Shown here piece by piece: positions 46,623-54,998 of a DNA stretch of 64,000 nt. The position numbers were made by a program, and so were the translations under genes. Origin of the DNA: an uncultured archaeon (GTDB taxonomy: Archaea; Aenigmatarchaeota; Aenigmatarchaeia; QMZP01; QMZT01). The DNA is taken from the NCBI GenBank assembly GCA_964346665.1, contig CAYFVC010000067.1:987-64986 (forward strand). The letters are read 5' to 3'. Within the stretch, counting starts at the first letter, position 1. Each line of letters starts with the position of its first letter. The notes beneath the pieces are model-generated. The model was not told the DNA's origin. It was given only the letters and a program-made list of their open reading frames with translations, and ran no database searches.

Positions 46623-47292
46623 ACCCGCTCGGCTTGACACCTTCGTTCACTATTTCGAACTTCGCGAACTTCCCCTCAGGGATCGAGCGGTGTTTCACGA
46701 TCGTTGCCTTTCGTTCACTCATTTTTCCGGTGTGCTCGATAAAAACGATCGATTTAGACCAGTATTTGATTGAATCTCCTCCTATAATCTGGTTTTCTCC
46801 TGTATCCCAGTTTTTGAAGGTATGAGCCGTTATTATAACTGGTATGTTCTTCCTTCTTGCAAGACTGGAAAGGATTGAAAGCTGGATCGAAAGCTCCTTG
46901 TTCGCCTCAAGTGTTTCCTTCGTGGGGTCAGCACATTTCAGCCTGTAGAGCGCAACGGAAGAATCAAGTATGAGCATATCGAAATTCTGGTTTTCTAGGT
47001 TCTTTATAACAACGCCCTGTTCCTCGAATGTTTTCGGCTCTATCAGAACTATGTTTTTGAACACATCCGTATCATCCATGGATATTTGTTTTACCCGTTC
47101 GGGCGAAAGCCCGCCTTCCGTGTCTATGTAAACAACACGTCCTCCCTTCCGTATGCATTCGAGCATCGCTAGGACACACAAATTGGTTTTTCCGACCCCA
47201 GGAGGACCGTAAAAGTTCGTTATCGCCCCTTTCTCAATTCCTCCAGTGAGCGAGTGTAGGGGTTCGGGAAGGAGGAGTTTTTCAGAGTTCAT
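46609..47292 (-). CDS. radB: RadB (archaeal RecA/RadA paralog)
   Basis: It has Walker A (GPPGVGKT) and Walker B (ILDS) motifs. The 227-aa length lacks the N-terminal HhH domain of RadA. Confidence 0.8.
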   Translation of the reverse strand: MNSEKLLLPEPLHSLTGGIEKGAITNFYGPPGVGKTNLCVLAMLECIRKGGRVVYIDTEGGLSPERVKQISMDDTDVFKNIVLIEPKTFEEQGVVIKNLENQNFDMLILDSSVALYRLKCADPTKETLEANKELSIQLSILSSLARRKNIPVIITAHTFKNWDTGENQIIGGDSIKYWSKSIVFIEHTGKMSERKATIVKHRSIPEGKFAKFEIVNEGVKPSGFRIF

Positions 47293-47332
47293 AATGATTC
47301 TATAAAACGGATAATTAAATATTTAGCAGGTT

Positions 47333-47352
47333 GACGTTCGCTTTCGAACGTC
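47333..47352 (+). repeat. Perfect 8-bp inverted repeat hairpin (gacgttcg-cttt-cgaacgtc) followed by a T-run
   Basis: It was read directly from the sequence and lies in a 380-nt non-coding gap. Confidence 0.5.
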
Positions 47353-47673
47353 TTTTGCTAGTTACGCTGGGAGAGGGATTTTCTCACCGCTTAGATTGGT
47401 GTTTCGAACCCCCAAGCCCAGATGGGCACACGCTATTAAGGAGCCTTAAAGGCTTATTCCAAGCGTGCTCCTTAGCCGTTCGGACATCCCAGCGTGATAT
47501 AATATTCTATTGGGGTTATTTTTAAGTTTATTCAACACGTTTTAGCCTTGATTTGCAATTAGAACACATTCCCGTCGAAACATCGTAGTGTTCGCTACAC
47601 ACGATCGCCCCGCAGAATACGCAAGAGTGCGGATGCTTTGTGGGTTTCCCGCATATTGAACATAAACCCGAGA

Positions 47674-50600
47674 TCATTTCCCCCCCCTCCTAGCTTCCGC
47701 TCTCCTCTCCAGCAAAAGGTATACAAGTATGCTAACCAAGGCTATCGAGAGGAAGACTATCATTATCTCGTTTATAGGAATCCTCTCCATCTCTGGTGTG
47801 ATCTTTCGTTTCGTAAGGTTGGTGTACTTTATTATATCCCTGCAGTTTTCGAGCGCACTTTCTGTCAACTCCCTCGCTCTATCAATATTATCCTCGCCGA
47901 GTTCCCTTTCAGCCTCGAGGATGAGTTCTGTCAGATCCAAGCATTCAGGATTGTCTTGAAACAAATCCTTCGCGAGACTTATCCTGTCCTGTATTTTTGT
48001 TCTCCCGTAAATCGGTCTCAGGTAGATTGTGCTTGACTGGTTGAAACTCGGGTTTCTCACAATTCCCGTTACCTTTATCTCATAAGTTTCCTTCGTTAGC
48101 TCATATGTTGTTATGGTCAGGGTGGTGTTCACCTTATCCCCGATACCGAGCTGGCTAACGTATACCCTGCTGAGATCAAGTGAAACCTCATCACTCTCGT
48201 TAACGTAAGCAGTTATGTTCACGCCGTTAAGCGTAACCTCCCCCGTGTTTTCCAAGGTCACGTTTGCGGACGTTTCGTTATAAGATCCTATCCTTTCCAT
48301 TGGGGAGACTGTTATGGTCAGCGAGGCGACCCTCGCTTGAGAAGGGACCATCCTGGTTCTTGTCTCAGTAATTATTTGAATTTCGGGTTCCTGTTCAACA
48401 AGGCTCACGTTAAGGGATATGTTGTTGCTTGTTGTGCTAAACTCGGAATCGTTAACGGTGAAAACGACATATTCCAACCCGTACCAGTCCGTATCTGGTG
48501 TGAGGGTGACGACCCCCTTTCCTGTCCAGTTCGCAGGAGTCAAATTCACAGGACCGGTCTGCCCATCTATCAGAACAGTTATGTGAGAAAGCGCTGTGTA
48601 ATTAATTGTCAGATTGTTATCATCGTTAGAAACATTATTCTCATTGTCAGGATCACGGAAGTTGTAGGAGAGGATTATGTTCTTGTTGTTTGAGTTCATG
48701 TTCCAGCTTTGATTTTGTATGGGGTAGATTTGTTCAGGGGGCCTGTTCTTGTTTAATATGGTTACTCCCCATGTATCATAGTCCGTTAAGTACGAATCGG
48801 TGACCTCGAGCCTGATTGTCCAGCTCCCTGATTCATCGAAATCTGGGGTGTATTGCCAAGAGTTGTCCCCTTGACAGTAATCCACATTGTCTATCTGTGT
48901 TCCATCTCTAAACCATGTGCAGAAGAGGTCGTCTCCGTCAGGATCCGTGACGCTTATCGCGAAAAGAACGGTTTCATTTTCGTAAAAAGTATCGCTAGGG
49001 ATCACCCCACCTATATCAGCAGAGGGTGGTTTGTTTATCGATAATACCTTGAAATCGACAAGTTGCCACCCTGTAGCGTTGTATGGTTGTGTGAAATTCC
49101 CGCTGTCCGTTACGGTCACGTTTATGGTGTAGTTTCCTACTTCACCACTTGTAAAAACACTCGTTCGGTTCACCACACCCGTTGTGTTGTTGACATCGAA
49201 TATCGAGCAGTTCGAATCCATATCCACTCTTGAACAATTAATGAATGTTATGTTGTAATAGAATGGAATATCATTCTCCTCATCGGTTGCGGTCAAACTT
49301 AGGTCCATGAAGAAAGTTGAGTTTTCAAAGCCGGTCGTATTCGTGAAGCTGAATTCAGGGGCATCGTTAACGGCATGTATAGTCAGGTTGAATTCCTCCC
49401 AGTCTATTGAATTGTTGCTGTCAACAACGCTTATGTTCAAGACGTATGTGAAATTGTGCGAATTGTTTGCCCAGGAATCATCGGAGGCCGTGAAATTAAT
49501 AACCCCTGTGGTTGAGTTTATGGTGAACAAAGAAGGTCCTGAAATAAACGTTAGGTTATAAGTTAGGGTTTCCCCGTATGGCGTTTCCGAATCTACGTCC
49601 GTCGTGTTCTCTCCCATGTTGCAAAAGTATTCGTTATCCTCGTATGTGTAATTCACGCACGAAAAATTCAGAACGGGCGGGTCGTTTAAGTTGTAAACGG
49701 TGAAATTCACAAGGATGAAATCCTCCCTGCTCCACGTGTCGTTAACGATTATCTTAACCGTGTAGTTCCCAACCTGTGAATTGTTCACAGAGGTGTAATT
49801 CATTACCCCCATTGCAGGACCGGGAGGCCAAAGGCTATTATCAGTGTCTATTGGGAATAAGGTATCGTTAAGTAGCGAACCGTTGTAATAGGTTTCCGTT
49901 ATAAACGTTAGGTTATCGGTTGCGTTGTCACGGTCCGTTGCGTTTATGGAGAGGAATAAGGACTGTCCCTGCGTAGTGAACTGAGGTGAGACGGAGGTCG
50001 TTATGTTAGGCTTGTAGTCCGGGATGACGGTGAAGTTGAACTCCACCCAGTCTGTGAGATTCCCTCCATCCTTAACGGATACGTTTAACGTGTAATTCCC
50101 CGAATCTTTTCTCAAAGGGTTGGTATAGTTTATAACCCCTGTCTGGTTGTTTATTTCGAAAATCGAGCAGTTCGTATCGCTTTCATTGAATGTCTTGTTA
50201 CAATAAGTGAAATTAATTTCGAAGGTTATAGTCCCGTTCACTGGATCGTTGTACGGAACGTAAGAGGGGAAATCATCCGGGTCTGTTGTGTTTTCCCCTA
50301 CATCGCAGTAGTATTCAAGCCCCTGGACAGAGTAATTATTACAAAGGAAGTTGAGGTTTGGAGGATCATTTATGTTCGTAACGGTGAAATTCACAAGTAT
50401 TGAATACGTACCGTTCTCCTTGCCGTCGTAAACCGAGACGTTTATCGTGTAATTCCCGACTTGACTGTTTCCGACAGGAGTGTAGTTCATGGTTGCATTC
50501 CCTAGACTCGTCCCGTTATCTAGATAAAGGGTCTCATTCAGGGCTATGGGGAAAAGGCTCGAATTGTAATAAACGGACAAATTCCTGTAAAGGGTTGTTG

Positions 50601-51858
50601 TATTGAAAACCAACGTCCCGTTGTCTATGTCACTCGCGTTTACAACTAACGTACGGCTCTGGTTCTGCGACCAGAACTGATTGGAAACGGGATCGATAAC
50701 CGGAGGGTCGTTTATGTCGATAACGCTGAAATTCAAGACCTGCGAATCCGTCTCGTTGGAAAGCCACGTGTATGGAGGGGTGGAGGTTCCTGTCAGGTTG
50801 TCTCCAGGGTCGGTAACGGTGTAATTTATGGTGTAGTTTCCAACATCCAAATTTGTGAAGATGCTTGTTCTATTTATTTCGCCTGTCGTGTTGTCTATCG
50901 TGAACAAATTTGAACAGTCCGTTACGTTCGTGTGCTCTGGGTTGAATGGCCTGTAACATTCTAGAAAAGTGATGTTGAAAAAGAAAGGCCCGCTAGGGGT
51001 TTCCTCATCCGTCGCGTCAATATCTTGGTAGAATGAAGAGTTCTGGTAGGAATCGGAAGGAAGGTTTTGAAGGCTTGGCTTATCATTGACCGCATTCACT
51101 ATGAAGGTTTTGTTGGCGACTGCTCCCTCTCCTATTGGGTCCTGTACAGTAAGCGATACCTCGAACTCACCGCAATCAGTATCGCTAGTAATGTCAACTG
51201 TGACACTTCCTGTTGCCGAATCCATACTGAAACCATTGAATTCGGTTCCAGCAACATAACTGTAGGTGAGGTTGTTTTCATCGATATCATCTATATCATA
51301 ACAATCCACGCTGAAATCGTAGTTACATGTAGTATCTTCATAGCATGTTTTGTCTGAAAGGGGAACATATATTCCGGCCGGGGTGTTCAACACCGTTATG
51401 TTATCTGTTGCATTCAGCACATCAAAATTCTGAGAGGACCCGTCACAAGTAACATTCCAATAATAAACCCCCCTTGAATCAAATGATTTGTTATGCTCGT
51501 AAAGCAGAGAAGATGAATTGAACCACATAACTACTGGAGAAGTCCAACTCCCTGAAAGGTTAAAACTTATGTTACATTCAATCCCTGACCCATTTATCGA
51601 TTCCCCAGAGGTTAGATTTGTGTAGTTCGCGAAAAAGTTTGGGAGGGTTGTAGAACTTGGACCACCTCCTTGGGGACTTCCCTCGGCATAAACCTTGTAA
51701 GAGCCTCCTTGGGAATCAGCCGAATCCCACAGAGCAAGGCTCGCGTTCTCCCCTGTCACGGATATGAAAAACCCTGTGAACACCAAGGGATAGGAAATAA
51801 AAATCGCCAAAGTTGCCAATACTATCAAAGCTATCCAGACGCCTGAATACCCTCTCAT
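47674..51858 (-). CDS. Giant cell-surface adhesin-like protein (signal peptide, repeated cadherin/Ig-like modules, C-terminal TM anchor)
   Basis: The 1394-aa ORF has an N-terminal hydrophobic signal and dozens of N-x-S/T sequons. VNDKP/INDPP modules recur about every 100 aa. The C-terminal TM is IMIVFLSIALVSILVYLLL, followed by a basic tail. Confidence 0.6.
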   Translation of the reverse strand: MRGYSGVWIALIVLATLAIFISYPLVFTGFFISVTGENASLALWDSADSQGGSYKVYAEGSPQGGGPSSTTLPNFFANYTNLTSGESINGSGIECNISFNLSGSWTSPVVMWFNSSSLLYEHNKSFDSRGVYYWNVTCDGSSQNFDVLNATDNITVLNTPAGIYVPLSDKTCYEDTTCNYDFSVDCYDIDDIDENNLTYSYVAGTEFNGFSMDSATGSVTVDITSDTDCGEFEVSLTVQDPIGEGAVANKTFIVNAVNDKPSLQNLPSDSYQNSSFYQDIDATDEETPSGPFFFNITFLECYRPFNPEHTNVTDCSNLFTIDNTTGEINRTSIFTNLDVGNYTINYTVTDPGDNLTGTSTPPYTWLSNETDSQVLNFSVIDINDPPVIDPVSNQFWSQNQSRTLVVNASDIDNGTLVFNTTTLYRNLSVYYNSSLFPIALNETLYLDNGTSLGNATMNYTPVGNSQVGNYTINVSVYDGKENGTYSILVNFTVTNINDPPNLNFLCNNYSVQGLEYYCDVGENTTDPDDFPSYVPYNDPVNGTITFEINFTYCNKTFNESDTNCSIFEINNQTGVINYTNPLRKDSGNYTLNVSVKDGGNLTDWVEFNFTVIPDYKPNITTSVSPQFTTQGQSLFLSINATDRDNATDNLTFITETYYNGSLLNDTLFPIDTDNSLWPPGPAMGVMNYTSVNNSQVGNYTVKIIVNDTWSREDFILVNFTVYNLNDPPVLNFSCVNYTYEDNEYFCNMGENTTDVDSETPYGETLTYNLTFISGPSLFTINSTTGVINFTASDDSWANNSHNFTYVLNISVVDSNNSIDWEEFNLTIHAVNDAPEFSFTNTTGFENSTFFMDLSLTATDEENDIPFYYNITFINCSRVDMDSNCSIFDVNNTTGVVNRTSVFTSGEVGNYTINVTVTDSGNFTQPYNATGWQLVDFKVLSINKPPSADIGGVIPSDTFYENETVLFAISVTDPDGDDLFCTWFRDGTQIDNVDYCQGDNSWQYTPDFDESGSWTIRLEVTDSYLTDYDTWGVTILNKNRPPEQIYPIQNQSWNMNSNNKNIILSYNFRDPDNENNVSNDDNNLTINYTALSHITVLIDGQTGPVNLTPANWTGKGVVTLTPDTDWYGLEYVVFTVNDSEFSTTSNNISLNVSLVEQEPEIQIITETRTRMVPSQARVASLTITVSPMERIGSYNETSANVTLENTGEVTLNGVNITAYVNESDEVSLDLSRVYVSQLGIGDKVNTTLTITTYELTKETYEIKVTGIVRNPSFNQSSTIYLRPIYGRTKIQDRISLAKDLFQDNPECLDLTELILEAERELGEDNIDRARELTESALENCRDIIKYTNLTKRKITPEMERIPINEIMIVFLSIALVSILVYLLLERRAEARRGGK

Positions 51859-51974
51859 AAAGCGTACCCTCTAAGTAATTATATGTTTTTGAACAATTAA
51901 ATAAAGAAAACTTTTCCTCAATAAAAAGTTTTATCAATTTCAAAATTTATATTGGTCGGGACCAATAATTTATT

Positions 51975-52967
51975 ATGGTCGAAGCTGAGGGCATAGATGA
52001 ACGGGTTATTGATTCGTATAAGGACAAACTTGAATCTATAAGGAAGGAGATAGCAAAAGTCGTTGTTGGGCAGGAAGAGGTTGTAGACGGTCTTCTTACA
52101 GGTCTGGTATGTAACGGACACGTACTTGTAGAAGGTGTTCCGGGAATAGCGAAAACCCTTCTAATACGTGCGCTTGCAAGGGTTACGGGATGTGATTTCA
52201 AGAGAATACAGTTCACAGTCGATTTGCTTCCCACAGACATAACCGGTATAACTGCGTACCACAAGGAAAAGGGATTTTACGTTGTGAAAGGACCGATATT
52301 CACGAATTTCGTCCTAGCCGACGAAATAAATCGAGCGCCACCCAAGACCCAGTCCGCACTTCTGGAGGCGATGGGTGAGAGACAGGTTACAATCGGAAAG
52401 CAAACGTTCGGTGTCCCCGACCCCTTTTTCGTGATGGCAACACAGAACCCCATAGAGGCCGCAGGAACGTATCCCTTACCAGAAGCCCAGGTAGACAGGT
52501 TTCTCCTAAAAGTTTATATGTTTTACCCTGACAGCAGTGAAGAGATGAAAATACTCAAACGGAACATACAACTTTACAAATTCGAGAATTTTGGATTGAA
52601 ATCGGTTATCACGCCACAGGATATCACTAAGATGCAGACGGACGTGAAGAATATATACATGAGCAAGAAAGTCGAACAGTATTGCGTTAACCTCGTTGAT
52701 GCCACTAGGAACTCAAAGAAGTACAAGATCAAACTGGGGAAGTACGTGGAATGGGGCTCCTCTCCGAGAGCTTCGATCGGTCTGTTCATAACCTCGAAGG
52801 CGAGGGCTTTCATCCATGGAAAAAATTTCGTGATACCCGATTTCGTGAAGGAAGTCGCCCTTCCCATTCTTAGACACAGGATAATCCTTAACTACGAGGG
52901 TCTCGCTGAAGGGATAAAAACGGACGACATAGTAAGGGAGATCCTCGCAAAGGTCCCCATCCCGTAA
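51975..52967 (+). CDS. MoxR-family AAA+ ATPase
   Basis: It has Walker A (GVPGIAKT), Walker B and sensor motifs, and the 330-aa MoxR-typical size. Confidence 0.85.
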   Translation: MVEAEGIDERVIDSYKDKLESIRKEIAKVVVGQEEVVDGLLTGLVCNGHVLVEGVPGIAKTLLIRALARVTGCDFKRIQFTVDLLPTDITGITAYHKEKGFYVVKGPIFTNFVLADEINRAPPKTQSALLEAMGERQVTIGKQTFGVPDPFFVMATQNPIEAAGTYPLPEAQVDRFLLKVYMFYPDSSEEMKILKRNIQLYKFENFGLKSVITPQDITKMQTDVKNIYMSKKVEQYCVNLVDATRNSKKYKIKLGKYVEWGSSPRASIGLFITSKARAFIHGKNFVIPDFVKEVALPILRHRIILNYEGLAEGIKTDDIVREILAKVPIP

Positions 52968-53072
52968 GCCTTTTACCCAAAAGGCTTAATCGAAAACCAG
53001 TAGCTAACACTTACTTTTTGATAAACCACAAGTGGTTATTCAAATTTAACTAACTAGAACCAAATATAATTT

Positions 53073-53981
53073 ATGAAAGCCAAAAAGCTTAGGGTTGACG
53101 TTGTTTCTCTGATCAAGAAAATCGAGATAATACTCAGAATGCTGGTCGACACGCAGCTCATAAGCAGATACAGAAGTGTTTTCAAGGGGAAGGGTCTGGA
53201 ATTCGAGGACTACAGGGCTTACACTACTCAAGATGATGCGAGCAGGATTGACTGGAAGGCGAGCACGCGCTCGAATCAGATACTTGTAAAGCTATTCAAG
53301 GAGGAAAGAGAACTGGATGTCTACATACTCGTGGATACCTCCTCTTCGATGATTTTCGGCTCAACCGAAAAGCTGAAAATGGAATATGCAGCGGAGGTAG
53401 CGGCAGCATTCGCTTTTCTCGTAATCGAGGCAGGGGACAAGGCAGGACTGCTGATGTTCAATGACAAGGTCGTTAAGATCATACCCACATCAGTAGGTAA
53501 AAAACACTTCCAGATAATCCTCAATTCCATTGTGAACCCTAATTTGTACGGAGGCGGATATGATCTCCAAAAGGCCCTGAATTTCGTTATGAAGGTCTCT
53601 AAGAAGAAGGGTCTTATGATAATCATTTCGGATTTCATAGGCCTGAAACAGGGATGGGAGAAAGCTCTCAGACTGGCCTCGGTTAAATTCGACGTGATCG
53701 GGGTCATGATTAGGGACCCAAGAGACGAGTACATGCCTGAGGAGGATGCAGGACAATTCATTATTCAAGACCCTTACTCCGAATCCTCGCTCCTGATAGA
53801 CCCGAAAAAAATAATTGAAGAATACAGAGAACACGTGAAAAGGGAGGAGGATATGTTGCACAAGGCATTCCTCGAAAGCAATGCAGATTTAGTAAAGCTT
53901 TCCACAAAAGAACCATTTATCAAGCCGTTCGTAGAATACTTTATAATGAGGAAGACACGAATAACCAGATACGGAATTTAA
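53073..53981 (+). CDS. DUF58-domain protein (MoxR partner, VWA-like fold)
   Basis: Its location downstream of MoxR and its size are typical. The conserved DxSxS-like VDTSSSM motif is present. Confidence 0.75.
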   Translation: MKAKKLRVDVVSLIKKIEIILRMLVDTQLISRYRSVFKGKGLEFEDYRAYTTQDDASRIDWKASTRSNQILVKLFKEERELDVYILVDTSSSMIFGSTEKLKMEYAAEVAAAFAFLVIEAGDKAGLLMFNDKVVKIIPTSVGKKHFQIILNSIVNPNLYGGGYDLQKALNFVMKVSKKKGLMIIISDFIGLKQGWEKALRLASVKFDVIGVMIRDPRDEYMPEEDAGQFIIQDPYSESSLLIDPKKIIEEYREHVKREEDMLHKAFLESNADLVKLSTKEPFIKPFVEYFIMRKTRITRYGI

Positions 53982-53997
53982 TGAGGAGGGCACGTAC

Positions 53998-54936
53998 ATG
54001 GAGATAACATTCACGAACCCATTGTACCTATGGTTTCTCATAGTCATACCACTGATGGTTCTCGCTCACTTCATAAGTCTCAAATTCACCATGAGGAAAG
54101 CCCTCAAATTCGCGAATTTCCCTGCAATAGAATATGTAACAGGGAAGAGAATCCTTTCCAAGAACTACCTGCTCCTTCTAATAAGACTGGTTACGCTATT
54201 CCTGCTAATACTCGCTGTTTCCGGCGTTACCTTTTGGTATGAAGGGGAGACGAGCGAGATGGATTATATGTTAGCGATAGACTCCTCGGGTAGCATGCTG
54301 GCGAAGGATTTTGAACCGAACAGGCTGGAATCAGCAAAAAAATCCGCTTTATCATTCGTCCACTCTCTTCCAGAACACACAGAAGTCGGGGTTTTATCTT
54401 TTGCGGGCGTGAGCTTCATAAGACAAAGGCCAACGAACGATTTTTCGAAGGTTACGAAAGCAATAGAGAATATCTCGATAGAACTGGTTGGAGGGACTGC
54501 AATAGGCTCCGCCGTCATATCCTCGGTAAACCTTTTCAAAAACCCGGAAAAGGCGAAGGTTGTGGTTCTCCTCACTGACGGGCAGAACAATGTCGGGCCT
54601 AGTGTGGATGAAGCTGTAAGGTACGCGAACGAGAACCACATCACAATACATACGATCGGGATAGGAACGGAAGAGGGAGGGGGGTTCGCTGAAATGGACC
54701 TGACGTTCGTCTCGAAACTTGATTCGGAAACCCTCCAGATAATAGCGAATGAAACGAAGGGGAAGTATTATGAGGCGAGGAACGAGAGCGAACTTTCAGA
54801 GGTATATGAGGATATCGCGCTGGCGAGCTTTCAGAAGCTTTCCTTGAAACTTTCTTTGGTATTCCTCATAATTGCTTTAATTCTGCTCTTCACCGAGTGG
54901 GGCATGATCAACACAAAATACAGAACGCTCCCCTGA
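53998..54936 (+). CDS. Membrane-anchored von Willebrand factor A domain protein (BatA-like)
   Basis: It has two N-terminal TM helices, a VWA MIDAS motif (DSSGSM) and a C-terminal TM. Confidence 0.75.
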   Translation: MEITFTNPLYLWFLIVIPLMVLAHFISLKFTMRKALKFANFPAIEYVTGKRILSKNYLLLLIRLVTLFLLILAVSGVTFWYEGETSEMDYMLAIDSSGSMLAKDFEPNRLESAKKSALSFVHSLPEHTEVGVLSFAGVSFIRQRPTNDFSKVTKAIENISIELVGGTAIGSAVISSVNLFKNPEKAKVVVLLTDGQNNVGPSVDEAVRYANENHITIHTIGIGTEEGGGFAEMDLTFVSKLDSETLQIIANETKGKYYEARNESELSEVYEDIALASFQKLSLKLSLVFLIIALILLFTEWGMINTKYRTLP

Positions 54937-54998
54937 AACTTTTCCTCAACCAAAAGTTTCATCAAAACAGGAGCTTCGTTCGATCGCTTCCCTGATGT

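Noticed and set aside
47333-47357. The hairpin plus T-run could be read as a bacterial-style rho-independent terminator.
   Set aside because: The context is archaeal, and no plus-strand gene ends upstream of it. I keep it only as a structural element of the unexplained intergenic region.
52968-53072. Two palindromes (aagcctttt...aaaaggctt and aaccacaagtggtt) between moxR and the DUF58 gene were considered as a regulatory RNA or repeat.
   Set aside because: They are short single-copy hairpins in an intra-operon spacer, and I have no evidence beyond their palindromy. They are probably a simple processing or termination-attenuation element.
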